Source: Opitutaceae bacterium
Lineage (GTDB): Bacteria > Verrucomicrobiota > Verrucomicrobiia > Opitutales > Opitutaceae
Reading direction: 5' to 3'
NCBI GenBank assembly: GCA_024233285.1
Contig: JACKPU010000002.1
Location: 324,954 to 388,953 of the forward strand
Length of the DNA: 64,000 bases
In this document: positions 1-8,779 of the stretch, in pieces
How positions within the stretch are numbered: the stretch's first letter is position 1
How the letters are laid out: every line of letters begins with the position of its first letter
Translations under genes and position numbers: made by a program
The notes under the pieces: generated by a model
The model's database searches: none
What the model saw: the letters and a program-made list of their open reading frames with translations, nothing else
What the model was told of the DNA's origin: nothing

Positions 1-849
1 TCGCACGCCGAGTTTCACTGGCCGGTGCGCGGTGTAGCAGCCGATGGCGTGCATCTGCAATTCGCCGGTGACGAGCGGCAACTTGCGTCGCACCGGCGCG
101 ATGGCTTTGAAGTAGCGCTCGGGCGAGGAGAATTCGAATTTGACGCCCGGCATCGCGTGCATGTTTTCGCGGCACCACGCGATGATCGCCTCGTTCGGAC
201 CGCCGCCGTGGTCGCCGACACCCAGGAAACACATGGTGTGATCCACGCCGTTGGGCAGGTCCCGGAGCGCCCCCTCGATATGATCGAAGGTCGGCGGAAA
301 AATGGTGCAATAGCCATGAGCGATGCGGAAGGTCGTGACTTCCTTGCCGCCCGGCCGCCCGCGCCAGCGAAAGACGCGTGAGGGCAGGGTGGTTTCGTGC
401 GCCATCGGCCGCATGAAGACATAGCTGTCCTGGCCGTGCGCCTGCATGATGTCGGGCAACGCCGCGGTGTGGCCGAAGGAATCGACATTGTAACCGATGC
501 GCGGAAACAACCCGAGGTGTCGCTTGAACCACGCTTTGCCGAGCGCGATCTGTTGATGCAGGTTGGCTTCACCCGGCAGATTGCAGTCGGGCTGAATCCA
601 CCAGCCGCCGACCACCGACCAGCGGCCGGCCTTGATGTGTTTGACGATGCGCTTGAACAGCGCGGGGTCGTGCCGGCGCACCTGTTCGTAAACCCAAGCC
701 TCGCCACGCGTGAAGATGATGTCGGGATGGCGGTCGAGCGTGTTGCACATGGTGTAACACGTGTTTAGGCATTCATCGACGCCGGCGGTCCAGGGCCAGA
801 GCCAGACCGGATCGAGGTGGGCGTTGAATATCAGGTGAACGGTGCGCAT
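1..849 (-). CDS. Glycoside hydrolase family 38 (alpha-mannosidase-like), N-terminal part; runs off the left edge
   Basis: Hand translation from ATG at 849: MRTVHLIFNAHLDPVWLWPW...GRWSVVGGWWIQPDCNLPG...YNVDSFGH...GVGDHGGGP, which are the GH38 N-domain motifs. Absent from the ORF track because there is no stop in the window. Confidence 0.88.
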   Translation of the reverse strand, partial: MRTVHLIFNAHLDPVWLWPWTAGVDECLNTCYTMCNTLDRHPDIIFTRGEAWVYEQVRRHDPALFKRIVKHIKAGRWSVVGGWWIQPDCNLPGEANLHQQIALGKAWFKRHLGLFPRIGYNVDSFGHTAALPDIMQAHGQDSYVFMRPMAHETTLPSRVFRWRGRPGGKEVTTFRIAHGYCTIFPPTFDHIEGALRDLPNGVDHTMCFLGVGDHGGGPNEAIIAWCRENMHAMPGVKFEFSSPERYFKAIAPVRRKLPLVTGELQMHAIGCYTAHRPVKLGVR

Positions 850-901
850 GGGGAGCGGACAATAGCCTGACGAAATTCGGCGGGCTAAATACAAGCGAAA
901 T

Positions 902-974
902 GTAGGGCGGGATCGCCCGATCCCGCCATTTCCACGCAACCTTCACGAAAGCGGGCTCAGCGATCCCGGCCGAC
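902..974. repeat. GTAG-type REP doublet (second copy degenerate)
   Basis: GTAGGGCGGGATCGCCCGATCCCGCC at 902-927, plus inverted degenerate GCGGGCTCAGCGATCCCGGCCGAC at 951-974. The same unit occurs at 2708 and 7319. Confidence 0.75.
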
Positions 975-985
975 GATTGGTCGCC

Positions 986-1765
986 TCAGTTCTGCGGTTG
1001 ATTGGCGAGGCGGCGGTTGATCCGGTGATTCCAACCGCGCAGCGCGAGGCGGGCGTTGGGATGGCCGTTGCCGGCTTCGATCTCGTCGTCACCGGCATAC
1101 ATCTGCACCAACACAGTTTTGCGCAGGCGGCGGGAGCGATTGTGCTTCGAACCGTGAAGCGTAAAGTAGTGGAAGAACACAACGTCGCCGGGCTCCGCCT
1201 CAACCGGGGTGGCGCCTTCCAGCGGGTATTGGTCCAGAAACTCGCACGGTTCCTGACCGCCGGTGTGGGGCACGCGCCCGAGTTTGTGTGAACCGGGGTA
1301 AACGCGCAGGCAGCCCATCTTGTCGGTGGCGGGAGAAACGTGAATGACCGCGGCGATCATCGTGTCCTTGACTGACGGAAAATAGGACCAGTCCTGATGC
1401 ATGGTGAAAGGCATGCCGTTTTCGGTCGGTTTTTGAAACAGCTTGGTGTGGTGCAGGATGATGTCGGGGCCGAGGATCGCCTCGGTGATATCGAGCAGCT
1501 TCTTGTCCTGAATCGCACGCAACCACTCGTGCGAGTAGTTCTGCACGTTGTGGGTGTGCGTGATGCGGCTGGTTTCGCCGCCATCCTTGTTCTGGCGTTC
1601 GCCTTTCCATTGGCCGGTGTTCAGATCGCCGGTGCGGGTGAGCTGGCGCACGATGTGATCGAACTCCTGTTCGAGCACCTTGGTCCGGGCCGGGCTGAAG
1701 ACACCCTTGGCGTGGTAATAGCCGTTTTCGTGAAAGAAGGAGTGGATTTTTTCGGGGGAGGGCAT
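986..1765 (-). CDS. Phytanoyl-CoA dioxygenase (PhyH) family Fe(II)/2OG dioxygenase
   Basis: FFHENGYY start, KLFQK..HQDWSYF (HxD), GCLRVYPGSH, GDVVFFHYFTLHGS..N...R. Confidence 0.88.
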   Translation of the reverse strand: MPSPEKIHSFFHENGYYHAKGVFSPARTKVLEQEFDHIVRQLTRTGDLNTGQWKGERQNKDGGETSRITHTHNVQNYSHEWLRAIQDKKLLDITEAILGPDIILHHTKLFQKPTENGMPFTMHQDWSYFPSVKDTMIAAVIHVSPATDKMGCLRVYPGSHKLGRVPHTGGQEPCEFLDQYPLEGATPVEAEPGDVVFFHYFTLHGSKHNRSRRLRKTVLVQMYAGDDEIEAGNGHPNARLALRGWNHRINRRLANQPQN

Positions 1766-1857
1766 GGGATACGATCCCTACTCGATAGCGCCCGCTGCCG
1801 TGGGGGAAGAAAAAGGGGTTGTCAGATTTCGGATGATGTTGTCTGAATTCAACACTC

Positions 1858-2691
1858 ATGCCGTCAGCTGCCATGCATCTCACCTGGCCGCGCGAGACCG
1901 TGCCGGTCATTCGCAGCGGTGGCCGCTTCCCCATGGTGGCGCACGATGTGGCCTTGGTTTACAATCATCCAAGGACGACGGCGCTGCACGTGCATGATTA
2001 CGCCGGGTCCCTGTGGTTGGGCGATCGCAAGGTCACGCTCCGGCCGGGGGATTTCACGCTGACCCCGGCTGGCATGCATTCAAGGTATGATCTGGAGGCG
2101 CCGGGGCATCACCTTTGCGTGCATTTTAATGCGCTTGAAGCCACGGGTGAAACGATGCGTCTGCCCCTGCACTGGCGGCCGGACACGCATGAGCGCTGGT
2201 TGAGCGAACGCTTGTGGGACATCATCCACCTCTTTCGCCGCGGCGAAACGACCGCTGCGGTTTTGGCGCGGCAGGCGGCCGGCAATGCCTTGCAGAGCCT
2301 GTTGTTGTGGCTGGCCGCGACCATTGCCGGTGGCACGACCCGTCGTCGGAAACCGGGCCGGGTGGACGGCGATCTGGGCAAAGTGCGGCGCCATCTTGAT
2401 GAGCATTTTCGCGAACCGCTGGATGTGCCGGCCTTGGCCCGGCGTTTTGGCGTCAGTCAAAACTATCTCGCCCGGCGTTTCCGGGCGAATCACGGCCTGA
2501 CCCTGCAGCGTTACATCCTGAGCCGGCGAATCGAATTTGCCCGGCATCTGCTGAACGTCACCCGGATGCCGCTCAAGGCCGTCGCCATCGAGTCGGGCCT
2601 GAGCAATCCGCAGTATTTTCACCGGCAGTTCCGCTTGGCGACGGGCCGCAGTCCCTCGGAAGAGCGCGCCCGGGCCGTGGAAACGGGGTGA
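1858..2691 (+). CDS. AraC family transcriptional regulator
   Basis: N-terminal cupin-like region; C-terminal double HTH (LARRFGVSQNYLARRF...VAIESGLSNPQYFHRQFRLATGRSP). Confidence 0.9.
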   Translation: MPSAAMHLTWPRETVPVIRSGGRFPMVAHDVALVYNHPRTTALHVHDYAGSLWLGDRKVTLRPGDFTLTPAGMHSRYDLEAPGHHLCVHFNALEATGETMRLPLHWRPDTHERWLSERLWDIIHLFRRGETTAAVLARQAAGNALQSLLLWLAATIAGGTTRRRKPGRVDGDLGKVRRHLDEHFREPLDVPALARRFGVSQNYLARRFRANHGLTLQRYILSRRIEFARHLLNVTRMPLKAVAIESGLSNPQYFHRQFRLATGRSPSEERARAVETG

Positions 2692-2707
2692 GCACGACGG
2701 TTTGTTT

Positions 2708-2782
2708 GTAGGGCGGGATCGCCGAATCCCGCCTCGCAAGAACAACCCTGGTTCGATGGCGGGATCAGCGATCCCGCCCTAC
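2708..2782. repeat. Inverted REP doublet (REPIN/BIME-like) between convergent genes
   Basis: GTAGGGCGGGATCGCCGAATCCCGCC at 2708-2733 and GGCGGGATCAGCGATCCCGCCCTAC at 2758-2782. Confidence 0.85.
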
Positions 2783-2788
2783 AATCGA

Positions 2789-3301
2789 TCAGTAGCCCTT
2801 GGTCTGCAGGGCCTGGCTCAACTGCTGCATGAACGCCTGCGCGTCGGCGGGATTCGGGCGGTAGCCGGGTTGCGAGATTTCGGTAAAGCCGGGTCGGCCG
2901 CTGTGATCGACGATCCATTTGCCGGTGACGCCGTCGCTGAAGGTCACCGAACCGCTGGCGAGCGCGCCGGGGATCAGGGTCACTTCATCCAGTGCGACAC
3001 TGACATTGCCACCACCGCCGGGCGGCAGGGCCTCATCGAGATCATCGCCGGAGTCATCGGCGGGTTGGGCTTCAGGCTCGGGTTTATCCGCCGGCGCACC
3101 CTTGCTGACGTCGTTGACGTCGGCCTTGGGCTCGGGCTTGTCCGTGAGCGTGAGTTCCAAGTCGTCCACGAGGAAGCGCACGTCCATGTAGGTCATGGCG
3201 ACGTTAAATTCCTCGCGGAGTTTCTTTTGCACCACGGAGAGATTGTCTCCCGCGGCGACCCAGGAGGCGACGGCTTGTGTTTGCTCAGGTGTAAGGCTCA
3301 T
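2789..3301 (-). CDS. Conserved-looking hypothetical protein downstream of dnaA
   Basis: MSLTPEQTQAVASW...; two folded-looking segments joined by an acidic Pro/Asp-rich linker; natural codon usage. Confidence 0.75.
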   Translation of the reverse strand: MSLTPEQTQAVASWVAAGDNLSVVQKKLREEFNVAMTYMDVRFLVDDLELTLTDKPEPKADVNDVSKGAPADKPEPEAQPADDSGDDLDEALPPGGGGNVSVALDEVTLIPGALASGSVTFSDGVTGKWIVDHSGRPGFTEISQPGYRPNPADAQAFMQQLSQALQTKGY

Positions 3302-3362
3302 GGCGTTTGCTGTGCAGCATGGCACATGGACTCAGGATAGGTCCACCGGCAAAATAGGCAAA

Positions 3363-4757
3363 TCAGCGGGAAAGCTGCGAACGCAGGAACTCGATGCTGC
3401 CGCGCATGCCGCTGTCCTGATCCATCATGTTGTCCACGGCCTTGCAGGCGTGGATGACGGTGCCGTGATCGCGTCCGCCGAAGGCATCGCCGATGTCCTG
3501 CAGTGAGTGCTTGGTCAGCGTGCGGGAGAGATACATGGCGATCTGGCGCGGGATGGCGATGTTGTTGGGCCGGCGCTTGCTCGTCATGTCGCTGTGGCGG
3601 ATCTGGAAATGGTCGGCGACCTTCTTTTGGATCGTTTCAATGGTCAGGAGGTTTTGCGCCTGTTCCATGAGCACGTCTTGGAGGAGGTTTTCCGTGGTCG
3701 GCAGGTCGAGCGTCTTGCCGGTGAGGGCCACATAGCTGCTGACCTTGATGAGCGCGCCTTCGAGGCGGCGCACATTGCGCGAAATATGCTGGGCGATGAA
3801 CGTGACGATGGAATCCGGCACGTCGGCCTTGAGCGTGGCAGCCTTGGAACGCAGGATGGCGACGCGGGTCTCGAAGTCCGGCGCCTGAATGTCAGCCGGC
3901 AGGCCCCATTCGAAGCGGGAGACGAGGCGCGATTCGAGTTTTTGGATCTCGCTGGCGCGCCGGTCGCTCGAAAGGACGATCTGTTTGCCGGATTCGAAGA
4001 GGTCGTTGAAGGTGTGGAAGAACTCTTCCTGGATGCGCTCCTTGCCGGCGAGGAATTGCACGTCGTCGAGCAGCAGGACATCGGCGTTGCGGTAGCGCTG
4101 CCGGAACTTCGTCAGGCTGTTTTCCTGCAGGGCCTGAATGAACTCGTTGGTGAATTTCTCCGTGGAGAGGTAGGCGACCCGCGCCTCGGGACGGCGCTGC
4201 AGGATCGCATGACCGATGGCGTGCATCAGGTGGGTCTTGCCCAGCCCGGTGTCGCCGTAAAGGAAAAGCGGATTGTAAGCTTGGGCCGGGGCCTGGGCGA
4301 CGGCCATGGCGGCGGCGTGGGCCATCTGGTTGTTGGAGCCGACGACAAAGGTCTCGAACGTGTTACGCGGGTTCAGGCTCGCGTTGGCTAGGGTGCGGTC
4401 GTCGAGCCGGGTCGCACGGCGGCCGTGGTTGGTGCGCGGCTTCGCGGCGGTTTCCGCGGTGGCAGGTTCGGCTTGGGCCGCATGGCGCGGGGCCGCGGGC
4501 TGCCCGGTTTTCTTCAAGGTCACATTGACCATCCGCCCGGCGTTGAGGCGCAGGCGTTGCGTGATCAGGTCCAGATAATTGTCGTGGATCCAGATGGCGG
4601 CGAAGTCGTTGGGCACGCCCAAGGTGATGCTTTCCTCGGTGGTTTCGACGCACGACAGGGGCTCGAACCACATCTTGAAGACGTCTTCGGGGAACAGCTC
4701 CTTGAAATCACATTTTACGGTCTCCCAGAGGCTGGGAGGAAGGGACATTGAAGGCAT
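3363..4757 (-). CDS. dnaA: Chromosomal replication initiator DnaA
   Basis: YNPLFLYGDTGLGKTHL (Walker A), LLLDDVQF, QEEFFHTFN, RQIAMYL, GGRDHGTV. Confidence 0.98.
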   Translation of the reverse strand: MPSMSLPPSLWETVKCDFKELFPEDVFKMWFEPLSCVETTEESITLGVPNDFAAIWIHDNYLDLITQRLRLNAGRMVNVTLKKTGQPAAPRHAAQAEPATAETAAKPRTNHGRRATRLDDRTLANASLNPRNTFETFVVGSNNQMAHAAAMAVAQAPAQAYNPLFLYGDTGLGKTHLMHAIGHAILQRRPEARVAYLSTEKFTNEFIQALQENSLTKFRQRYRNADVLLLDDVQFLAGKERIQEEFFHTFNDLFESGKQIVLSSDRRASEIQKLESRLVSRFEWGLPADIQAPDFETRVAILRSKAATLKADVPDSIVTFIAQHISRNVRRLEGALIKVSSYVALTGKTLDLPTTENLLQDVLMEQAQNLLTIETIQKKVADHFQIRHSDMTSKRRPNNIAIPRQIAMYLSRTLTKHSLQDIGDAFGGRDHGTVIHACKAVDNMMDQDSGMRGSIEFLRSQLSR

Positions 4758-5242
4758 GGACTGGCGGTAAGGCTGATTTTATTCACATTGGGTGCCGGCG
4801 GCATGAATCCCACGTTGTGACGCTCCTGATCTTTGCCTTCTGGTCATGAAAAAGTTGGGTCCCGTCATCAGCGAAAAAGCGGTGGGGTGGTGAAAAATGT
4901 AAGTAATTGATGACAGGTAGGTAATGAGGGTCACTACCAGCTTGGCGGCAAGGGAGTTTCGAGCAACGTGAGAAAGAACATCCGGCAGGGGGAAACTGCT
5001 GACTGACGGGCTGAGTAACTGAGAACCCTAAAATCATTTCAAGGTCAACTTCCTGACAACTTGTTCACACTGATTTTGAGCACAACTTTTGGCATTTTTT
5101 TGTTGCGTGACGGGGATGTTTTTCACGGGCAACCACGTGTAGTTTTACTACGATTACGGCCCCCGCGCCCGGGTTTCATAGGTTACGAAAACGTGTCATC
5201 CGTGTGACGGCGTGACAATCTGGATACGTTTCGGCCGGCGCT
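4758..5242. promoter_or_regulatory. dnaA upstream region with DnaA boxes (autoregulatory site and candidate oriC)
   Basis: 485-bp, visibly AT-richer intergenic region. TTATTCACA at 4779-4787 matches TTWTNCACA exactly; one-mismatch boxes at 4889-4897 (reverse), 5061-5069 and 5119-5127. Confidence 0.6.
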
Positions 5243-7264
5243 TCAAACCGCCGCCGGTTCGATCCACTTGCCGTGTTCCTTGATGAGGGCGATCAGGCGA
5301 TCATCGGCCTCGGCCTGGGGGATGTTGTATTGGACGCATTGCTTGCCGACGTAGAGGTTGATTTTGCCCGGGGCGCCGCCGACGTAACCGAAATCCGCGT
5401 CGGCCATTTCGCCCGGGCCGTTCACGATGCAACCCATGATGGCGAGCTTCACGCCCTTGAGGTGGCCGGTCTTTTCCCGGATGCGCTGCGTCGTGGTTTG
5501 CAGGTCGAACAACGTGCGACCGCAACTCGGGCAGGCGACAAATTCGGTCTTGGTGGTGCGGGCACCGGCCCCCTGCAGGACATTATAGGAAAGCTTCAGG
5601 GCGCGCAGCGGATCCGTTTCGGTTTCGATGCTGACCATGTCGCCGATGCCGTCGCACATCAGCCCGCCGGTCAGGATGGCGGCGTCGAGCAGGCGGGAAA
5701 GGAAATCCGCTTTGGCCTGCACGGCGGTGGTGGCGGTGTTGCGAATCCAAATTGGTGCGCGCGAACCGGTGCGCCGGAGCGCTTCGGCCAGCTGCCTGTA
5801 GCCCCCCAGTGCATGCGAACAGTCGGCCGGAGTGGCGCTGAGGGTGAAGACCAGATTCGTATCGCTCAACTCGCGCAGGGTTTCACCGAGAGCCGCCACC
5901 GTTTGAGGCAGGCAACTGAGAGCGAGAGTGAGACTCTGTTCGCGGGCCAGGCGGGCAAATGCGGCGAGTGTGTCGGTTTCGTCTTCGGCAAATTCGCGCA
6001 ACAACACGGTGCCGGCGGATAAGCTCGTTTTGCTCAACGCTGAGGCATCGACTTGCGGTGCGAGTTCCAGAATCCGAAACGCGCCGGGCAAATGGTTGCC
6101 GGCTGCCAAATCCGAGGTGCCGGACACTGGCACGATTACGCCCTCAACTGGCGTGTCGGTCAGCCGGGCCGAAGCCAGGCTTTGCTTGGCGGCGGGCAGG
6201 GCTTCGATTCCGGGCACGCGCACGATCACGGCGGGCGGCTGTTCCGGGCCGATGGCCACGCTCTCGCCAAGATGCAGCAGATTGGTTTCGCGCCGCAGGA
6301 AGTGATACGGATCGACCGAGTCGGAGCTTGGAGCCTGGACGTCGAAGTTTGGAGTTTGGGACTTGGGGTTTGAGATTTGCCAAAGCGCGTGCGCTTTGGC
6401 GGCGATGGCCTGTGCCACCGGGATCTCATAAACCGAATCCTCCGTGAGCGAAACGCGAATCGTGTCGCCGAGGCCGTCATAGAGCAGGGTGCCGATGCCG
6501 ATCGCGCTCTTGATCCGGCCGTCTTCGCCGTCGCCGGCCTCGGTCACGCCGAGGTGCAGCGGATAGTGCATGCTTGCCTGCGTCATGCGTTGCACGAGCA
6601 GACGATAGGCCTGGATCATGACCTTCGGATTCGAGGCCTTCATCGACAGGATCATCTGGTTGAACCCGTGGGACTCGGCGATGCGCAGGAACTCCAGCGC
6701 GCTTTCCACCATGCCGAGCGGCGTGTCGCCGTAGCGGTTCATGATGCGATCGGAAAGCGAGCCGTGATTGGTGCCGATGCGGAGGGCGCGCCCCAAGGTC
6801 TTGGCGCGTTTGACCAGCGGGGAAAACGAATCATGCAGCCGCTGCAATTCGCGTTCGTATTCGGCGTCGGAGTATTCCTTGACCGCGAATTTCTTTTTGT
6901 CGGCGTAGTTGCCGGGGTTGACGCGGACCTTTTCGACGTGCTCGACCGCTTCCATTGCGGCGGAGGGGAGAAAGTGAATGTCGGCGACCAAGGGCACGGC
7001 CTCGAACCCGGCGGCGGAAAACTGCTCGCGAATAGGTTGCAGGCACTTGGCCGCCGCGACGTTGGGCGCGGTGATGCGGACGATCTCGCAGCCCACCTCG
7101 GCCAGCGCGATGCACTGTTTGACGGTGGCGGCGATGTCCTGCGTGTCACTCGTCGTCATCGACTGGATGCGCACGGGATTGGCCCCGCCGACGCCGACGC
7201 CACCGACCAGAACCTCATGGGTCTGCCGACGGATGGTGCGAAAACGGGAAGCGCAATAAGACAT
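5243..7264 (-). CDS. ispG: HMBPP synthase IspG, long three-domain form
   Basis: IQSMTTSDT, PLVADIHF, RVNPGN, RIGTNHGSLS, HLGVTEAG, CPSCGRT...MGCIVNGPGE; 673 aa with a large central insert. Confidence 0.97.
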   Translation of the reverse strand: MSYCASRFRTIRRQTHEVLVGGVGVGGANPVRIQSMTTSDTQDIAATVKQCIALAEVGCEIVRITAPNVAAAKCLQPIREQFSAAGFEAVPLVADIHFLPSAAMEAVEHVEKVRVNPGNYADKKKFAVKEYSDAEYERELQRLHDSFSPLVKRAKTLGRALRIGTNHGSLSDRIMNRYGDTPLGMVESALEFLRIAESHGFNQMILSMKASNPKVMIQAYRLLVQRMTQASMHYPLHLGVTEAGDGEDGRIKSAIGIGTLLYDGLGDTIRVSLTEDSVYEIPVAQAIAAKAHALWQISNPKSQTPNFDVQAPSSDSVDPYHFLRRETNLLHLGESVAIGPEQPPAVIVRVPGIEALPAAKQSLASARLTDTPVEGVIVPVSGTSDLAAGNHLPGAFRILELAPQVDASALSKTSLSAGTVLLREFAEDETDTLAAFARLAREQSLTLALSCLPQTVAALGETLRELSDTNLVFTLSATPADCSHALGGYRQLAEALRRTGSRAPIWIRNTATTAVQAKADFLSRLLDAAILTGGLMCDGIGDMVSIETETDPLRALKLSYNVLQGAGARTTKTEFVACPSCGRTLFDLQTTTQRIREKTGHLKGVKLAIMGCIVNGPGEMADADFGYVGGAPGKINLYVGKQCVQYNIPQAEADDRLIALIKEHGKWIEPAAV
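6324..6379 (-). repeat. Eight degenerate 7-bp tandem units inside ispG
   Basis: Minus strand: CAAATCT CAAACCC CAAGTCC CAAACTC CAAACTT CGACGTC CAGGCTC CAAGCTC. Confidence 0.75.
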
Positions 7265-7318
7265 GACGCCAAACTAACAGCCAGTCCCCGGGCGGTGGCA
7301 AGTGCCGGAACGCGGGAT

Positions 7319-7347
7319 GTAGGGCGGGATCAGCGATCCCGCCCTAC
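7319..7347. repeat. Perfect 29-bp REP palindrome between rseP and ispG
   Basis: GTAGGGCGGGATC-AGC-GATCCCGCCCTAC (13-bp stem). Confidence 0.85.
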
Positions 7348-7349
7348 AC

Positions 7350-8774
7350 TCAATCGCCGGCGTTGGCCGGGGCGGTGGCGGCGGGCTTTTCGCTCTGCAT
7401 GTCGCGGAATAGGCGCCGGATGTCACCAAACACGGTGACGTAAAGCATCATGCCGAACAGCAGCAGCACGAAGGTGCTTTGGGTAGCCATGATGAAATTG
7501 GTCGGCAGCGCCCGGCCGCGCAGCTTGGCGATGGTGGCGAACAGCATTTGTCCGCCGTCGAGCACGGGAATCGGCAGCAGGTTGAAAATGGCCAGGTTCA
7601 CGTTGATGAGAATCGTGAACATAATGACGGCGGTCAGGCCGACTTGGGCGGCGCTGTGCAGAATGCGGACGATACCCACGGGGCCGGACATCTTCGAAAG
7701 GCCGATATCCGATTGTGGATTGATGAGGCTGGCGAGGGTGCGCACCGTCATCAGCACATTGTCGGTCAGTTGCTCCAACGGGTTGGGATGCGTCACTGAG
7801 AAACTTGTGGTGAGGGCCATGCCGAGCAGCGCGTCCTCACCGGGGCGGGGCGGGATGACCAAGCTCAATTCGCCTTCACCGCGCCGCACTGTCGCGTTGA
7901 CGGAGTCCGTCTTATGCCGCGCGAGGATTTCCGAATAGGTCGTGATGTTGAGAATGCGCTGATCGTTGAAGCTGATGATTTGATCTCCGCTTTGAAAGCC
8001 CGCTTGGGCGGCAACGCTGCCGGCGGCCACTTCATGCACGATCAATTCGTAACCCGCATCGATGCCGACGCGGCGGAATTCGTCCGGCCCGGCGAGTTGC
8101 GGGTAAACTGTGATGTCCCGCGCGGCACCATCGCGTTCGATGGTGAACACGGTTTTGGGTTCGCCGGTGGCCGTGCGGCCGGAGCCCGTGACAATGGTTT
8201 GCACGATGTCGCTCCACTCGCCAACCGGGTGGCCGTCGATGGCGCGAATGACGTCGCCGGCCAGCAAACCGGCTTCGCGGGCGGGCGAAGTCACCTTGCT
8301 GCCGTCCGCGAGGGTCAATTCAGGTGCCACGTAACCGATGGTCGTCGAAGCAGCCATACTGTTGCTGGGCTGGCCGTTGACCCAGATGATGCAAGCGAGC
8401 GCGAGGGCGAAGAGGATGTTGCAGGCCGCCCCGGCCACGAGCACCAACATTCTGCTGCCGTAAGAGACCGGGGGGAGTTGGGAAACATCGACCGAGCTTT
8501 CACCCTCGATCTCGCTCATCGCAGCGAGTTGCGGCAGGGTGACGTAGCCACCGAGCGGCAGCCAGGAGAGGCGATACTCCACGCCGTCCTTGCCGCGCCA
8601 TGACCAGATGGCCGGGCCGAAGCCGATGGAAAAGCGTTCGACGTGCAGGCCGCGGCGGCGGGCGGCCAGAAAGTGACCCAGTTCATGCACGAAAATCGAG
8701 GCCCCGAAGGCGACGATTGTGAGCAGGATGGCCCAGACATTGGAGAGCAGGCTTTGGAATAGATCGGCGGGCAC
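7350..8774 (-). CDS. rseP: RIP metalloprotease RseP with PDZ domains
   Basis: HELGH, FSIGFG, LPLGGYV, FNLLPIPVLDGG; canonical dxr-rseP-ispG context. Confidence 0.95.
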   Translation of the reverse strand: MPADLFQSLLSNVWAILLTIVAFGASIFVHELGHFLAARRRGLHVERFSIGFGPAIWSWRGKDGVEYRLSWLPLGGYVTLPQLAAMSEIEGESSVDVSQLPPVSYGSRMLVLVAGAACNILFALALACIIWVNGQPSNSMAASTTIGYVAPELTLADGSKVTSPAREAGLLAGDVIRAIDGHPVGEWSDIVQTIVTGSGRTATGEPKTVFTIERDGAARDITVYPQLAGPDEFRRVGIDAGYELIVHEVAAGSVAAQAGFQSGDQIISFNDQRILNITTYSEILARHKTDSVNATVRRGEGELSLVIPPRPGEDALLGMALTTSFSVTHPNPLEQLTDNVLMTVRTLASLINPQSDIGLSKMSGPVGIVRILHSAAQVGLTAVIMFTILINVNLAIFNLLPIPVLDGGQMLFATIAKLRGRALPTNFIMATQSTFVLLLFGMMLYVTVFGDIRRLFRDMQSEKPAATAPANAGD

Positions 8775-8779
8775 GAAAA

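Noticed and set aside
15-772. Several ORF-track calls at the left edge
   Set aside because: The real gene is the GH38 frame starting at 849, which has no stop in the window
4783-5037. 84-aa ORF upstream of dnaA, and a 66-aa ORF at 29135-29335
   Set aside because: Atypical composition; they overlap regulatory DNA and the true kdpF frame respectively
902-7347. Palindromic repeats as a CRISPR array
   Set aside because: Copies are dispersed and inverted, with no regular spacers and no cas genes
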